This document shows, piece by piece, positions 20,278 through 28,428 of a stretch of 64,000 nt of DNA. Every line of letters begins with the position of its first letter. The first letter of the stretch is position 1. The stretch is from an uncultured Gemmatimonadales bacterium (GTDB lineage: Bacteria > Gemmatimonadota > Gemmatimonadetes > Longimicrobiales > Gaopeijiaceae). Position numbers and translations under genes: made by a program. The stretch is taken from contig CAWELD010000010.1 in the NCBI GenBank assembly GCA_963809895.1, forward strand, positions 864,001-928,000. Direction: 5' to 3'. The notes beneath the pieces were generated by a model. That model was not told where the DNA came from and made no database searches. It was given only the letters and a program-made list of their open reading frames with translations.

Positions 20278-20290
20278 TCGACCGCAAGGG

Positions 20291-20710
20291 TCAATAGGCT
20301 TCGAGCCTGAAGGTCTGGATGGACGCCGTCGGGTTCGGGGCGACCCCCGACCCTGGGCGAAGCAGCCGAACGGAAAGGAGGATGGGGCGCGCGAAGCGGT
20401 CGTGCGTGACGACGCGTAACGGTGGCTCAGGTCCGTCGTCGGGGGCCGTCCGGGCGGGGCGGGTCAGGTCGTGAGGGGACCCGGTGAGGAGCGACGCCAG
20501 ATCCGGAAAGACGCGACGCGGCGTGGAGTCGTCGCCGAGGGTGTCGGCGATGGAGAACGACCGCGACGCCGCGATGTGGATGCCTGCCGCACCGGGGGGT
20601 GCGAAGGCCGGCGCACCACCGATCGCCTGTGCTTCGGCAGACGAGAATCCGCCCGCCAGCATGAGCCCCCCCAGGAGCCCCGCGATGGCAATACGCCGCA
20701 CCTTCGTCAC
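20291..20710 (-). CDS. Small secreted protein, possible minor pilin
   Basis: GTG start after GGAGAG; signal peptide ending AEA-Q; C-terminal IQTFRLEAY strand. Confidence 0.55.
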   Translation of the reverse strand: MTKVRRIAIAGLLGGLMLAGGFSSAEAQAIGGAPAFAPPGAAGIHIAASRSFSIADTLGDDSTPRRVFPDLASLLTGSPHDLTRPARTAPDDGPEPPLRVVTHDRFARPILLSVRLLRPGSGVAPNPTASIQTFRLEAY

Positions 20711-20753
20711 CTCTCCAGTCGGTCAGGTGGGACATCTCCTGGGGCTTCTCTAG

Positions 20754-20770
20754 AGCGAGATCCGGGCCAA
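20754..20770 (-). promoter_or_regulatory. Putative sigma54 -24/-12 promoter
   Basis: Minus strand reads TTGGCCCGGATCTCGCT = GG-N10-GC, 44 bp upstream of the 20710 start. Confidence 0.6.
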
Positions 20771-20836
20771 AACAGGCTGTGCGTCGTAACATCCTGGGAT
20801 ACAGTGACTTAACGGACTTGCGCCCAAGTATGGTAC

Positions 20837-20955
20837 TGTCTGGAATCCATACACGGTCTCGCTGGTGGTACGTCGCTGCTGGCGTGATCGTCGCTGCGGC
20901 AGGCGCAGAAATGCGCATTTGTATGGAAATCGTACACGTGTCCAATTATCATACA
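20837..20955. promoter_or_regulatory. Three TGT-N11-ACA sites (candidate enhancer/UAS for the adjacent activator)
   Basis: TGTCTGGAATCCATACA (20837-20853), TGTATGGAAATCGTACA (20920-20936), TGTCCAATTATCATACA (20939-20955) in an AT-rich intergenic stretch. Confidence 0.65.
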
Positions 20956-20994
20956 TACAGTTGTACTCGATCTCCCTGTTTGACGGATGCCATC

Positions 20995-22368
20995 GTGCAG
21001 AGCCTCGACCTGTCCAACCCGTCGGTCCTCCTGGTGGACGACGACCCCCACATCCTTCGTTCGCTCTCGCGCTTCTTTCAGAATTCGGGCTGGGCAACGC
21101 ACACCGCCCCTTCGGGCGAGGATGCGGTGCGGGCCTACGAGGCCGTGGCCCCGGACGTCGTTCTCCTCGACCTGGTTCTTCCGGGCATTTCCGGCCTGGA
21201 GGTTCTGGAGCTGATCGTGCCGGCGGGGGCGACGGTCGTGCTCCTGACCGGCGAGGGGCAGGTCAGCACCGCCGTGGAGGCCATGCGCAAGGGAGCCGAG
21301 AACTTTCTCACCAAGCCCGTGGAGATGGACTATCTCGAAGCCGCGCTCCTGAAGGCTCTGCGCACGGCGCGGCTGCGTGAGGTCAACCGCCGTCTGTCGG
21401 CCGCGGTGCAGGACGGCACCGGGGACAAGGACTTCTTCGGCGGCTCGGCGCGCATGCAGGCGTTGGCGGAGCGAGCCCATCTGTTCGCGCGCTCCGACAG
21501 CACCATCCTCCTCATGGGCGAGAGCGGCGTAGGCAAGGGATGGCTCGCCCGGCGCATGCATCAGATCAGCCCGCGCTCGGCCGCGCCCTTCGTGACGGTG
21601 AACTGTGCCGGGCTGTCCGCCACGTTTCTGGACAGCGAGTTGTTCGGACACGAGAAGGGCGCCTTCACCGATGCGCGTCAGGCCAAGGAGGGACTGTTCG
21701 AGGTCGCGAACGGAGGGACTCTCTTCCTGGACGAGATCGGGGACCTGGCCGTGGAGCTCCAGCCGAAGCTTCTCAAGGTCCTGGAGGAAACGACGTTCCG
21801 GCGCCTGGGTGGCACACGCGAGATCACGGCCGACGTCCGGCTCATCGCCGCCACGAACCACGATCTGGAGGCCGCGGTCGACGCGGGCCGCTTCCGGGCC
21901 GATCTCTATCACCGCATCAACGTCCTGGCGCTGTCGATCCCTCCCTTCCGCGAACGCGATCCCGAAGACGTCCTCGAGATGATCCATCGGGTGTTCAGGG
22001 AGCTGGCTCGCGAAGGGGACCCGGCCCTGTCGCGCAACGCACTGGACCTGCTGCTCGGCTACGACTGGCCCGGCAACGTCAGAGAGCTGCGAAATATCCT
22101 GGAGCGCGCGCTGGTGCTGGCGCGTGGGCAGGAGCAGATCCGGGTCGAGCATCTGCCGCCGTCGTTGAGGGGGTCGGCCCCGCTGATCGAGTCCAGGGAC
22201 GCCGGGCCGGTGGAGCCCCTCGAAGCCGTCGAGCGCAGGCACATCGTAAGAGCGCTGGAGGTGCTGAACGGCAATCGTACCCGGGCCGCCGAGGCCCTGG
22301 GCATCAGCCGGGCCACCCTCTACGCGAAGATCGACCAGTTCGGGCTACAGGAGGTGGGGCGGGCGTGA
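20995..22368 (+). CDS. Sigma54-dependent NtrC-family response regulator (REC-AAA+-Fis HTH)
   Basis: LLVDDD, LLDLVLP, GESGVGK, ELFGHEKGAFTDA, LFLDEIGD, WPGNVREL, LGISRATLY; exact start uncertain (GTG 20995 or TTG 20980). Confidence 0.93.
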   Translation: MQSLDLSNPSVLLVDDDPHILRSLSRFFQNSGWATHTAPSGEDAVRAYEAVAPDVVLLDLVLPGISGLEVLELIVPAGATVVLLTGEGQVSTAVEAMRKGAENFLTKPVEMDYLEAALLKALRTARLREVNRRLSAAVQDGTGDKDFFGGSARMQALAERAHLFARSDSTILLMGESGVGKGWLARRMHQISPRSAAPFVTVNCAGLSATFLDSELFGHEKGAFTDARQAKEGLFEVANGGTLFLDEIGDLAVELQPKLLKVLEETTFRRLGGTREITADVRLIAATNHDLEAAVDAGRFRADLYHRINVLALSIPPFRERDPEDVLEMIHRVFRELAREGDPALSRNALDLLLGYDWPGNVRELRNILERALVLARGQEQIRVEHLPPSLRGSAPLIESRDAGPVEPLEAVERRHIVRALEVLNGNRTRAAEALGISRATLYAKIDQFGLQEVGRA

Positions 22369-22378
22369 CCCCCTCCCC

Positions 22379-23846
22379 TCACTCCCCGCCCGGCGGCCCC
22401 ACTGCCTTCAGCACCTCGCGCGTGAGATCCCAGCGGTCGAAGCCCTGGCGGCCCCAGTCCAGCCCACGGCGCACGATGACCAGGTGGTGGGACGGCACCA
22501 CGATGGCGAACTGGCCCCGGTTGCCGGCGGTGGTGTAGGCGTCGGAGGGCACGTCGGTGCGGTCGCTGGGCACCAGCCACCACTGGCCGCCGTAGAAATC
22601 GCCGCGGCCGGCGGTGGCCGGGGCCGGCGTGCGCACGAAGTCGATGAAGTCGTGCGACAGGAGCCGCTTGCCGTTCCACACGCCGTCCTGCTGATAGAGC
22701 ATGCCGAAGCGCGCCAGGTCGCGGGCGTTGGTGTACACCTGGCTGCTCAGGATGAAGTCGCCGAAACGGTCCATGCCCAGGAGCGTGCTGCGCATGCCGA
22801 GGGGATCCAGCAGCGCCCGGCGCGGAAAGTCGTGATACGTGTCCTCGTCGCCCAGCGCCCGCTTCATGAGGTAGACGGCCGTGAGGGTCTCGTAGTTCTC
22901 GTAGTCCCAGTTCGTGCCGGGCTCCCGGATCACGGCCCGGTTCAGCAGTCCCTGCACCGAGCTGGCACCGGCCCAGTAGGCCAAGCCCCGAGCCGGTGGC
23001 GTATTCCAGTCCGTTGTCCACCGGGTAGAGGCCGCTGGACATGTGGAGCAGGTTGCGCAGTGTGATGGCCCTGCGTGGGTCGCTCTCCGGCGACGCCGCT
23101 CGCGGCCGCCACGGAAGGTCCAGGGGATCGTCCAGGGACAGCGTGCCCTGGTCCACCAACATCCCGATCAGGGTGACGGCGATGCTCTTGGCGGTGCTCC
23201 AGGTGCGCGTCCGCGTGTGGCGGTCCACGCCGGGGGCGTAGCGCTCCAGGAGGATCTGGCCGTCCTGCACCACCATGAGGCTCAGCGTGACCTGTTCGGG
23301 GCTGTCCCGGTCGAAGGCCCAGTTCGCCGCCGCCTCGAGTGCTTCGGCATCGACGTTGGCCGGAAGAGGCTGGTCCGGAACCAGGTCACCCATGGGCCAG
23401 GGGATGGTATCGGGATCGCCGGGGAGGGGCGGGCGGTCGATCTCGGGCAGCGTGGCGATGTCGTCGAAGGTCTGGTCCGGGGACAGCACGACGCAGCCGA
23501 CGCCCTCGCGGAAGGCCGCCCGCATGACCGGAATCGCGCCACCCGGCGCCCCGACTGCCACGGCCCGCAGGTCCCGGTTCACCTCGTAGTCGCCGCCCTC
23601 GGCGGTCCCCACCGGGTTCCGGACGTAGGCGAGCTCCTGATCGAAGACCTGGGCCAGCGTCCGGTGAGACGTGAAGAGGCCGTTGCACATCAGCACCGCC
23701 TGCACGCCGCGCTGGATCATCTCCTTCTGGGGAGCCCACACGTCGTAGGTCTCTTGCTGCTGGGCAGCCAGCAGGGAAGGGAGGAGGACGAGCGCGACCG
23801 CCAGCGAGGCGCGGGCGACGGTGGACGGGTGCGGGCGTGAAGGCAT
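22379..23846 (-). CDS. Beta-lactamase-like serine hydrolase (frameshift near 22985)
   Basis: Signal peptide, WSTAKS (SxxK), LLHMSSGL; continues in another frame as AYWAG..YENY..ARDLARFG..YGGQWW..AGNRGQ. Confidence 0.85.
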
Positions 23847-24006
23847 GGCCGGATCCTCGATGGGGTGGAGTCCTCCCCGAGAATGAGGGTTGGCGGCGCC
23901 CCGTCAAGCATGGGCGGCTACCGAACCCGGCTCGGGTCGGATCCTGGATCGCGCGTCGGGGTTGGGTGTCGAAGCTCCCAATCCCCCGGCATCAGGAGCA
24001 ACAGAC

Positions 24007-24822
24007 ATGCGAGGTCGACTGTCGACTGGCCGCTTCTTTCCGTCTCTGACGATCGCGGGCGCGGCGGCGATCGTCTTCACGGCCGCCTCACCTCGAGCGA
24101 CCGCCGCCCAGACCATTCTCAACGTGGAGCGCCTCCAGCCCAGGGAAGCGTCGGGCTGGCACTTCGGTGTGGAGGGCGGGCTGGACCTGGCGCGCGGAAA
24201 CACCGACCACACGGACCTGCAGGGTGGGTTCGCCACGGGCTACCGGTGGTCCGGCGACTGGGCGCGACTGTTCGCCGGGATCAACTACGAGGGGAAGGGC
24301 GACGGCAGCGTGGACAACGACCAGTACCTGCATCTGCGCTACAACCACTGGTGGCGATCGCGGCTCCAATCCTTCCACTTCGTGCAGTACCAGGCGAGTC
24401 ACACCGGCGTCTTGCGGCGGCGCTACCTGGCGGGGAGCGGTCTGCGACTACGGGTGCTGGAGCGCGAACGGACCACGTTCGACCTGGGGAGCGGGGCCAT
24501 GTTCGAGTACGAACACCTCGACCGGACCCAGGTGTCCGACGACCATCCCATCACGTCGCGCGTCGTGCGCATGGCCAACCTCCTGGTGCTGAATCGGCGG
24601 CTGAGCGGCGACGTGCGCTTCGTGGGCGTCGGATACGTGCAGCCGCGCTTCGACGACTTCGGCGACGCGAGGCTCCTGTCGGACCTGTCCATCCTCATCG
24701 CGCTGACGGATCAGGTCGACCTCGCGGTGCGGCTGCAGTGGCGACACGACACGGTGCCACCGGGTGGGGTCGACGCCGATGACCTGAGCTTCACCTCGGG
24801 CTTCACGGTGAGCCTACGCTGA
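24007..24822 (+). CDS. DUF481-like outer-membrane beta-barrel protein
   Basis: Signal peptide, ARGNTD, YLHLRYN, RYLAGSGLR, terminal FTSGFTVSL strand. Confidence 0.75.
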   Translation: MRGRLSTGRFFPSLTIAGAAAIVFTAASPRATAAQTILNVERLQPREASGWHFGVEGGLDLARGNTDHTDLQGGFATGYRWSGDWARLFAGINYEGKGDGSVDNDQYLHLRYNHWWRSRLQSFHFVQYQASHTGVLRRRYLAGSGLRLRVLERERTTFDLGSGAMFEYEHLDRTQVSDDHPITSRVVRMANLLVLNRRLSGDVRFVGVGYVQPRFDDFGDARLLSDLSILIALTDQVDLAVRLQWRHDTVPPGGVDADDLSFTSGFTVSLR

Positions 24823-24837
24823 CGGCGCGTCACGGTG

Positions 24838-25818
24838 CTACGCGGGGGCGCGCCGGGCGATGGACCGCAGGATGGCGAACGCGGCGCCCGCCGCCACGCG
24901 CAGGGGACTCAGTCGTAGCCCGAATCTCTCCAGCGCATGGCGATGGTGGGCCCAATAGCCCTCGGGCAGGTTTCCGCGGACGAGGTCCGCTCCGAGGGTC
25001 CGGTAGTAGTTCCGGAGGGTTCTCCGGGTGACGTCTCGGAGCTCCGCCTCGGTCAGGAAGGTCGGTCCGAACGTTCTCAGCAGGTCCAGGCCCGCGGCCA
25101 TCTGCGCCCGCAGGCTGGCATGGGAGGCCGTGATGGAGCCCTCCTGCTCCCGGGAGTAGACGAGGACCTGGTGCACGAAGCCCAGGTCCCATTCCTTCAG
25201 CACGTACAGGTCCGCCTCCACGTCGCCCGAGATGTGATTCTCCTCGTAGAACGGCGTGCGGCTGCGCACGATCTCGCTCCGGAAGAGGTGCGCCGAGGGT
25301 GAGCCCAGGGTGTAGGGGCCGTCGGTGAGATTCATGCGGCCCGCGTCCCGGCCGGGTACGACCTCCGTGTCGTAGGGCAGACCCACCGACAGCATCCCCG
25401 AGTCCCGGAGCCGGTAGGAGCCCACGATTCCCACCCTCGGGTGGCGCTCGGCGACCGCGACCATCTCCTCCAGACATCGCGGAAACATGAAGTCGTCCGC
25501 GTTCAGGACCTTGGTGTACCGGCTCTCGTCGCTGATGGCTCGGAGCCCGCGGTTCGCGTTGGCCAGGGCGCTCACGAACTCCTCGTGATGCACGATGCGG
25601 ATGCGCTCGTCGCCACTCGCGTAGCGCTTCGCGATCCGGAGCGTTTCGTCCGTGCTGCAATTGTCGACGACGATGTGCTCCCAGTGGCGGAAGGTCTGAG
25701 CCAGCACGCTCTCCATGCATTCGGAAAGGTACTCGGCGCCGTTGAAGACAGGCGTCACCACGCTCACGAGCGGCATCGCGTCGGGTCGTCCGGTGGAAGA
25801 GCTGTCGCTGCTTGTCAT
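24838..25818 (-). CDS. Family 2 glycosyltransferase
   Basis: VSVVTPVFNGAEYL..SVLAQT..IVVDNCSTD..LNADD. Confidence 0.92.
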   Translation of the reverse strand: MTSSDSSSTGRPDAMPLVSVVTPVFNGAEYLSECMESVLAQTFRHWEHIVVDNCSTDETLRIAKRYASGDERIRIVHHEEFVSALANANRGLRAISDESRYTKVLNADDFMFPRCLEEMVAVAERHPRVGIVGSYRLRDSGMLSVGLPYDTEVVPGRDAGRMNLTDGPYTLGSPSAHLFRSEIVRSRTPFYEENHISGDVEADLYVLKEWDLGFVHQVLVYSREQEGSITASHASLRAQMAAGLDLLRTFGPTFLTEAELRDVTRRTLRNYYRTLGADLVRGNLPEGYWAHHRHALERFGLRLSPLRVAAGAAFAILRSIARRAPA

Positions 25819-25997
25819 CGCATCTTGAGGTGGCGGGCCACGGATGGGACGAGGGGCGCGCGGCCGAACGTCGAGAGCGCAACATAGCGGAACCCCCGGT
25901 GGCCGGCGCCCTCCGGCCCTGTCGCAGGTGCCGGACGTTCGCCACCTTGGCAAGGTCGGTTGCCTGCTGGAACTTCGCGGTCCGTCTACCTCACGCC

Positions 25998-27227
25998 ATG
26001 CAGGGCACCGTGCGACAGCGCACACCCACCGTTCTCTATGTGGATACCAGCATCGGCTTCGGGGGAGCCTCCAAGAGCCTGGCTCTCCTGCTCCGGGGCC
26101 TCACCGGGGTGCGGCCGCTGCTGCTGTCGGCTCAGGACTCCGAGGAGCTGAATCGGCTCTTCGGGTCGGTCAAGAGCTGGCGATTCCGCACGCATGTCAA
26201 CTACCGGGCGCGCTTTCGCCTGCGGGATCGCCTGCGCGCCCGGGGCCGCCTGATCCGGTGGGCCGGCATGAAGGGATTCGCCGCCCTGGACCTCGCCGTC
26301 TCGCCCATGGTGGTGATCAAGATTCTGAGGATCATCAAGCGGTACGACGTGGATCTGGTCCACCTCAACAACCGCTACATTCCCGGCGAAGCGATTCTGG
26401 CGGCGCGTTTGAGCGGAGTGCCGGTGGTGGCTCATCTCCGCGAGTATCTCGACTCGCCGATCCCCGGCGAGGTCCTGCGTGCGGCGCGCAAGGTCGATCG
26501 GACCATCGCGGTCTCCGACGCGGCCGTGGAGAACCTCGTTGCGGTGTTCCCCGAGCTCCGGGTGACCAAGATCCAGAACCCCGTGGACGTGGAAGCCATG
26601 GAATCGGCCAGCGGAGCCAGGCTCGCCGTGCGCGAGAGTCTCGGTGCGACCGAAGCCGACATCCTCGTGGGGATCGTGGGCCGCGTCGTGCCCTGGAAGG
26701 GCCAGTTGGAGTTCGTGCGGGCGTGCCTCGGTGCCATGCGAGAGGAGGCCCGGATCATGGCCGTCGTCGTGGGCGACGTCTCCGACGGCCTCGAGTCCTA
26801 TCTCGACGATGTGCGCCGGGAGATCGACCAGAGCGGCTTTCAGGACCGATTCGTGTTGACCGGGTTCCGGAAGGACGTCGAGGCGATCTATCACGCCATC
26901 GACATTGCGGTGCACGCCTCCACCTCGCCGGAGCCCTTTGGGAGAGTGATCCCCGAAGCCATGGCCGCCGGATGCCCGGTGATCGCCTCCGACGCGGGTG
27001 GGCCGCGGGAGATCATCGCTCCGGGGGTGGATGGACTCCTGGTACCGCCGGGCGAGGTCGCAGCGCTTCGCGACGCGATCCTTCGCCTCGCGAGGGATCC
27101 GGAAGAACGCCGGGCCATGGGCGAGCGCGGGGCTCGCAAGGTGGCCCGGCACTTCACCATCGAGCAGGCCGCCGATCAGGTGCTGGAGGTCTATCGGCAA
27201 CTTCTCGCCAGATCCGGCCGGTCCTGA
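25998..27227 (+). CDS. Family 4 glycosyltransferase
   Basis: GFGGA, VGRVVPWKGQ, PEPFGRVIPEAMAAGCPVIAS. Confidence 0.92.
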   Translation: MQGTVRQRTPTVLYVDTSIGFGGASKSLALLLRGLTGVRPLLLSAQDSEELNRLFGSVKSWRFRTHVNYRARFRLRDRLRARGRLIRWAGMKGFAALDLAVSPMVVIKILRIIKRYDVDLVHLNNRYIPGEAILAARLSGVPVVAHLREYLDSPIPGEVLRAARKVDRTIAVSDAAVENLVAVFPELRVTKIQNPVDVEAMESASGARLAVRESLGATEADILVGIVGRVVPWKGQLEFVRACLGAMREEARIMAVVVGDVSDGLESYLDDVRREIDQSGFQDRFVLTGFRKDVEAIYHAIDIAVHASTSPEPFGRVIPEAMAAGCPVIASDAGGPREIIAPGVDGLLVPPGEVAALRDAILRLARDPEERRAMGERGARKVARHFTIEQAADQVLEVYRQLLARSGRS

Positions 27228-27268
27228 GCCTCCGCGAGGGCCGACCACTTGCCGGCGGCAACCGATTC

Positions 27269-27292
27269 TCACATTGTAGGCATCACATTGTA
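27269..27292. promoter_or_regulatory. Tandem TCACATTGTA direct repeat (candidate PadR operator)
   Basis: Two exact 10-bp copies at 27269 and 27283, each with an ACA-T-TGT palindromic core. Confidence 0.5.
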
Positions 27293-27328
27293 AGGATCGA
27301 GGCCGCTTCGAACGGAGGGGACGGCACA

Positions 27329-28105
27329 ATGGGAATGCGGAGGCACGTGCGGGGAGCGTTGATGGTCGGGGTCGCCCTGGCGGCTTGTGTGGGGTCGGCC
27401 CGCGGCCAGAGCGCCGTGGAGGTGCCGTTGCGGGTGGAGGACGGACGGCTCCTGGTGCCCGTGTCGGGACCGGGTGGTGAGGACCTCCACTTCATGCTGA
27501 GCACGGGATCGCTGGTGACGGTGCTTTCCGAGTCGGCAGCGGCGCGGCTGGGTGACGCGCCGAAGCTCGGCCTGGGCGGGTTGACCGTGCCCGTCGACGA
27601 AGCCGAGGTGATGCCGGACGCACAACTCACGGTGTCGGGTGAGGTCCTGGACGGGATGATCAGCTCCAACATGCTCAGCGCGTACGACGTGCTCATCGAC
27701 GCTCCGGGGGGCCGGCTCCTGCTCCAGCCCGTGGGGCCGTCGGTTCGCTGGGACGGCGTGGCGCTTTCGGAGCCGGTGCGGCTCAGGGTCTACCACGGGG
27801 TCGTGCTTGGACTGGACGTGACGCTGAACGGCGTCGCCATGCAGGCCATGCTGGAGCTGGGTGCCCCGGCCATATTGGCCAACGCCGCCGCCATGGAGGC
27901 GGCGGGTGTCGAGGGAGCAACCGGCGCGCTCCAGGTGGGTGACAGGTTGTTCACCGACGTGCCTGTCATGGTCAGTGATCATCCCGTCTTCGAGCGCTTC
28001 GCGGGCACGGGACAGGGCTTTCTGCTCGTGGGGGCGCCGCTCGCCAGGAACTGCCTCCTGGCCCTGAGCTGGGCTCACCAGGAGCTGAGGACGTGCCGGC
28101 CATGA
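27329..28105 (+). CDS. Secreted double retropepsin-like (aspartyl protease fold) protein with degenerate active sites
   Basis: Signal peptide; LLVPVS..HFMLSTGSLVTVLS and LDVTLNG..AMLELGAP match the DTG context; DGMISSNML..VLID. Confidence 0.65.
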   Translation: MGMRRHVRGALMVGVALAACVGSARGQSAVEVPLRVEDGRLLVPVSGPGGEDLHFMLSTGSLVTVLSESAAARLGDAPKLGLGGLTVPVDEAEVMPDAQLTVSGEVLDGMISSNMLSAYDVLIDAPGGRLLLQPVGPSVRWDGVALSEPVRLRVYHGVVLGLDVTLNGVAMQAMLELGAPAILANAAAMEAAGVEGATGALQVGDRLFTDVPVMVSDHPVFERFAGTGQGFLLVGAPLARNCLLALSWAHQELRTCRP

Positions 28106-28428
28106 GTCAGGAATACCTGGGTGAGTTCGAACAGATGGTTCTCCTGGCGATCATGCGCCTGGGCGAGGAGGCCTACGGGCTGGCCATCAAGGACGAGTTG
28201 AAGGGGGTCGCCGGCCGGAATCCCTCGAGCGGCGCTCTCTACACGACGCTGGACCGCCTGGAGAAGAAGGGTCTGCTGGAATCCCGGCAGGGTGCGGCCT
28301 CGTCGGAGCGGGGCGGCCGGCCGCGTCGCTACGTGACGGTGACCCCGGAGGGTCGGGCGCTGCTGGCCCACGTGCGGGACACCCTGTTCGCTCTCTGGGA
28401 CGGCCTGGAAGGAGCGCTGGAGCCGTGA
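28102..28428 (+). CDS. PadR-family regulator
   Basis: LGEFEQMVLLA..AYGLAI..GALYTTLDRLEKKG..RGGRPRRY. Confidence 0.92.
   Translation: MSQEYLGEFEQMVLLAIMRLGEEAYGLAIKDELKGVAGRNPSSGALYTTLDRLEKKGLLESRQGAASSERGGRPRRYVTVTPEGRALLAHVRDTLFALWDGLEGALEP

Noticed and set aside
21655..21675. GAFTDA instead of GAFTGA as a sign of sigma54 independence
   Set aside because: GAFTDA is a common natural variant and the critical Phe-Thr pair is intact.
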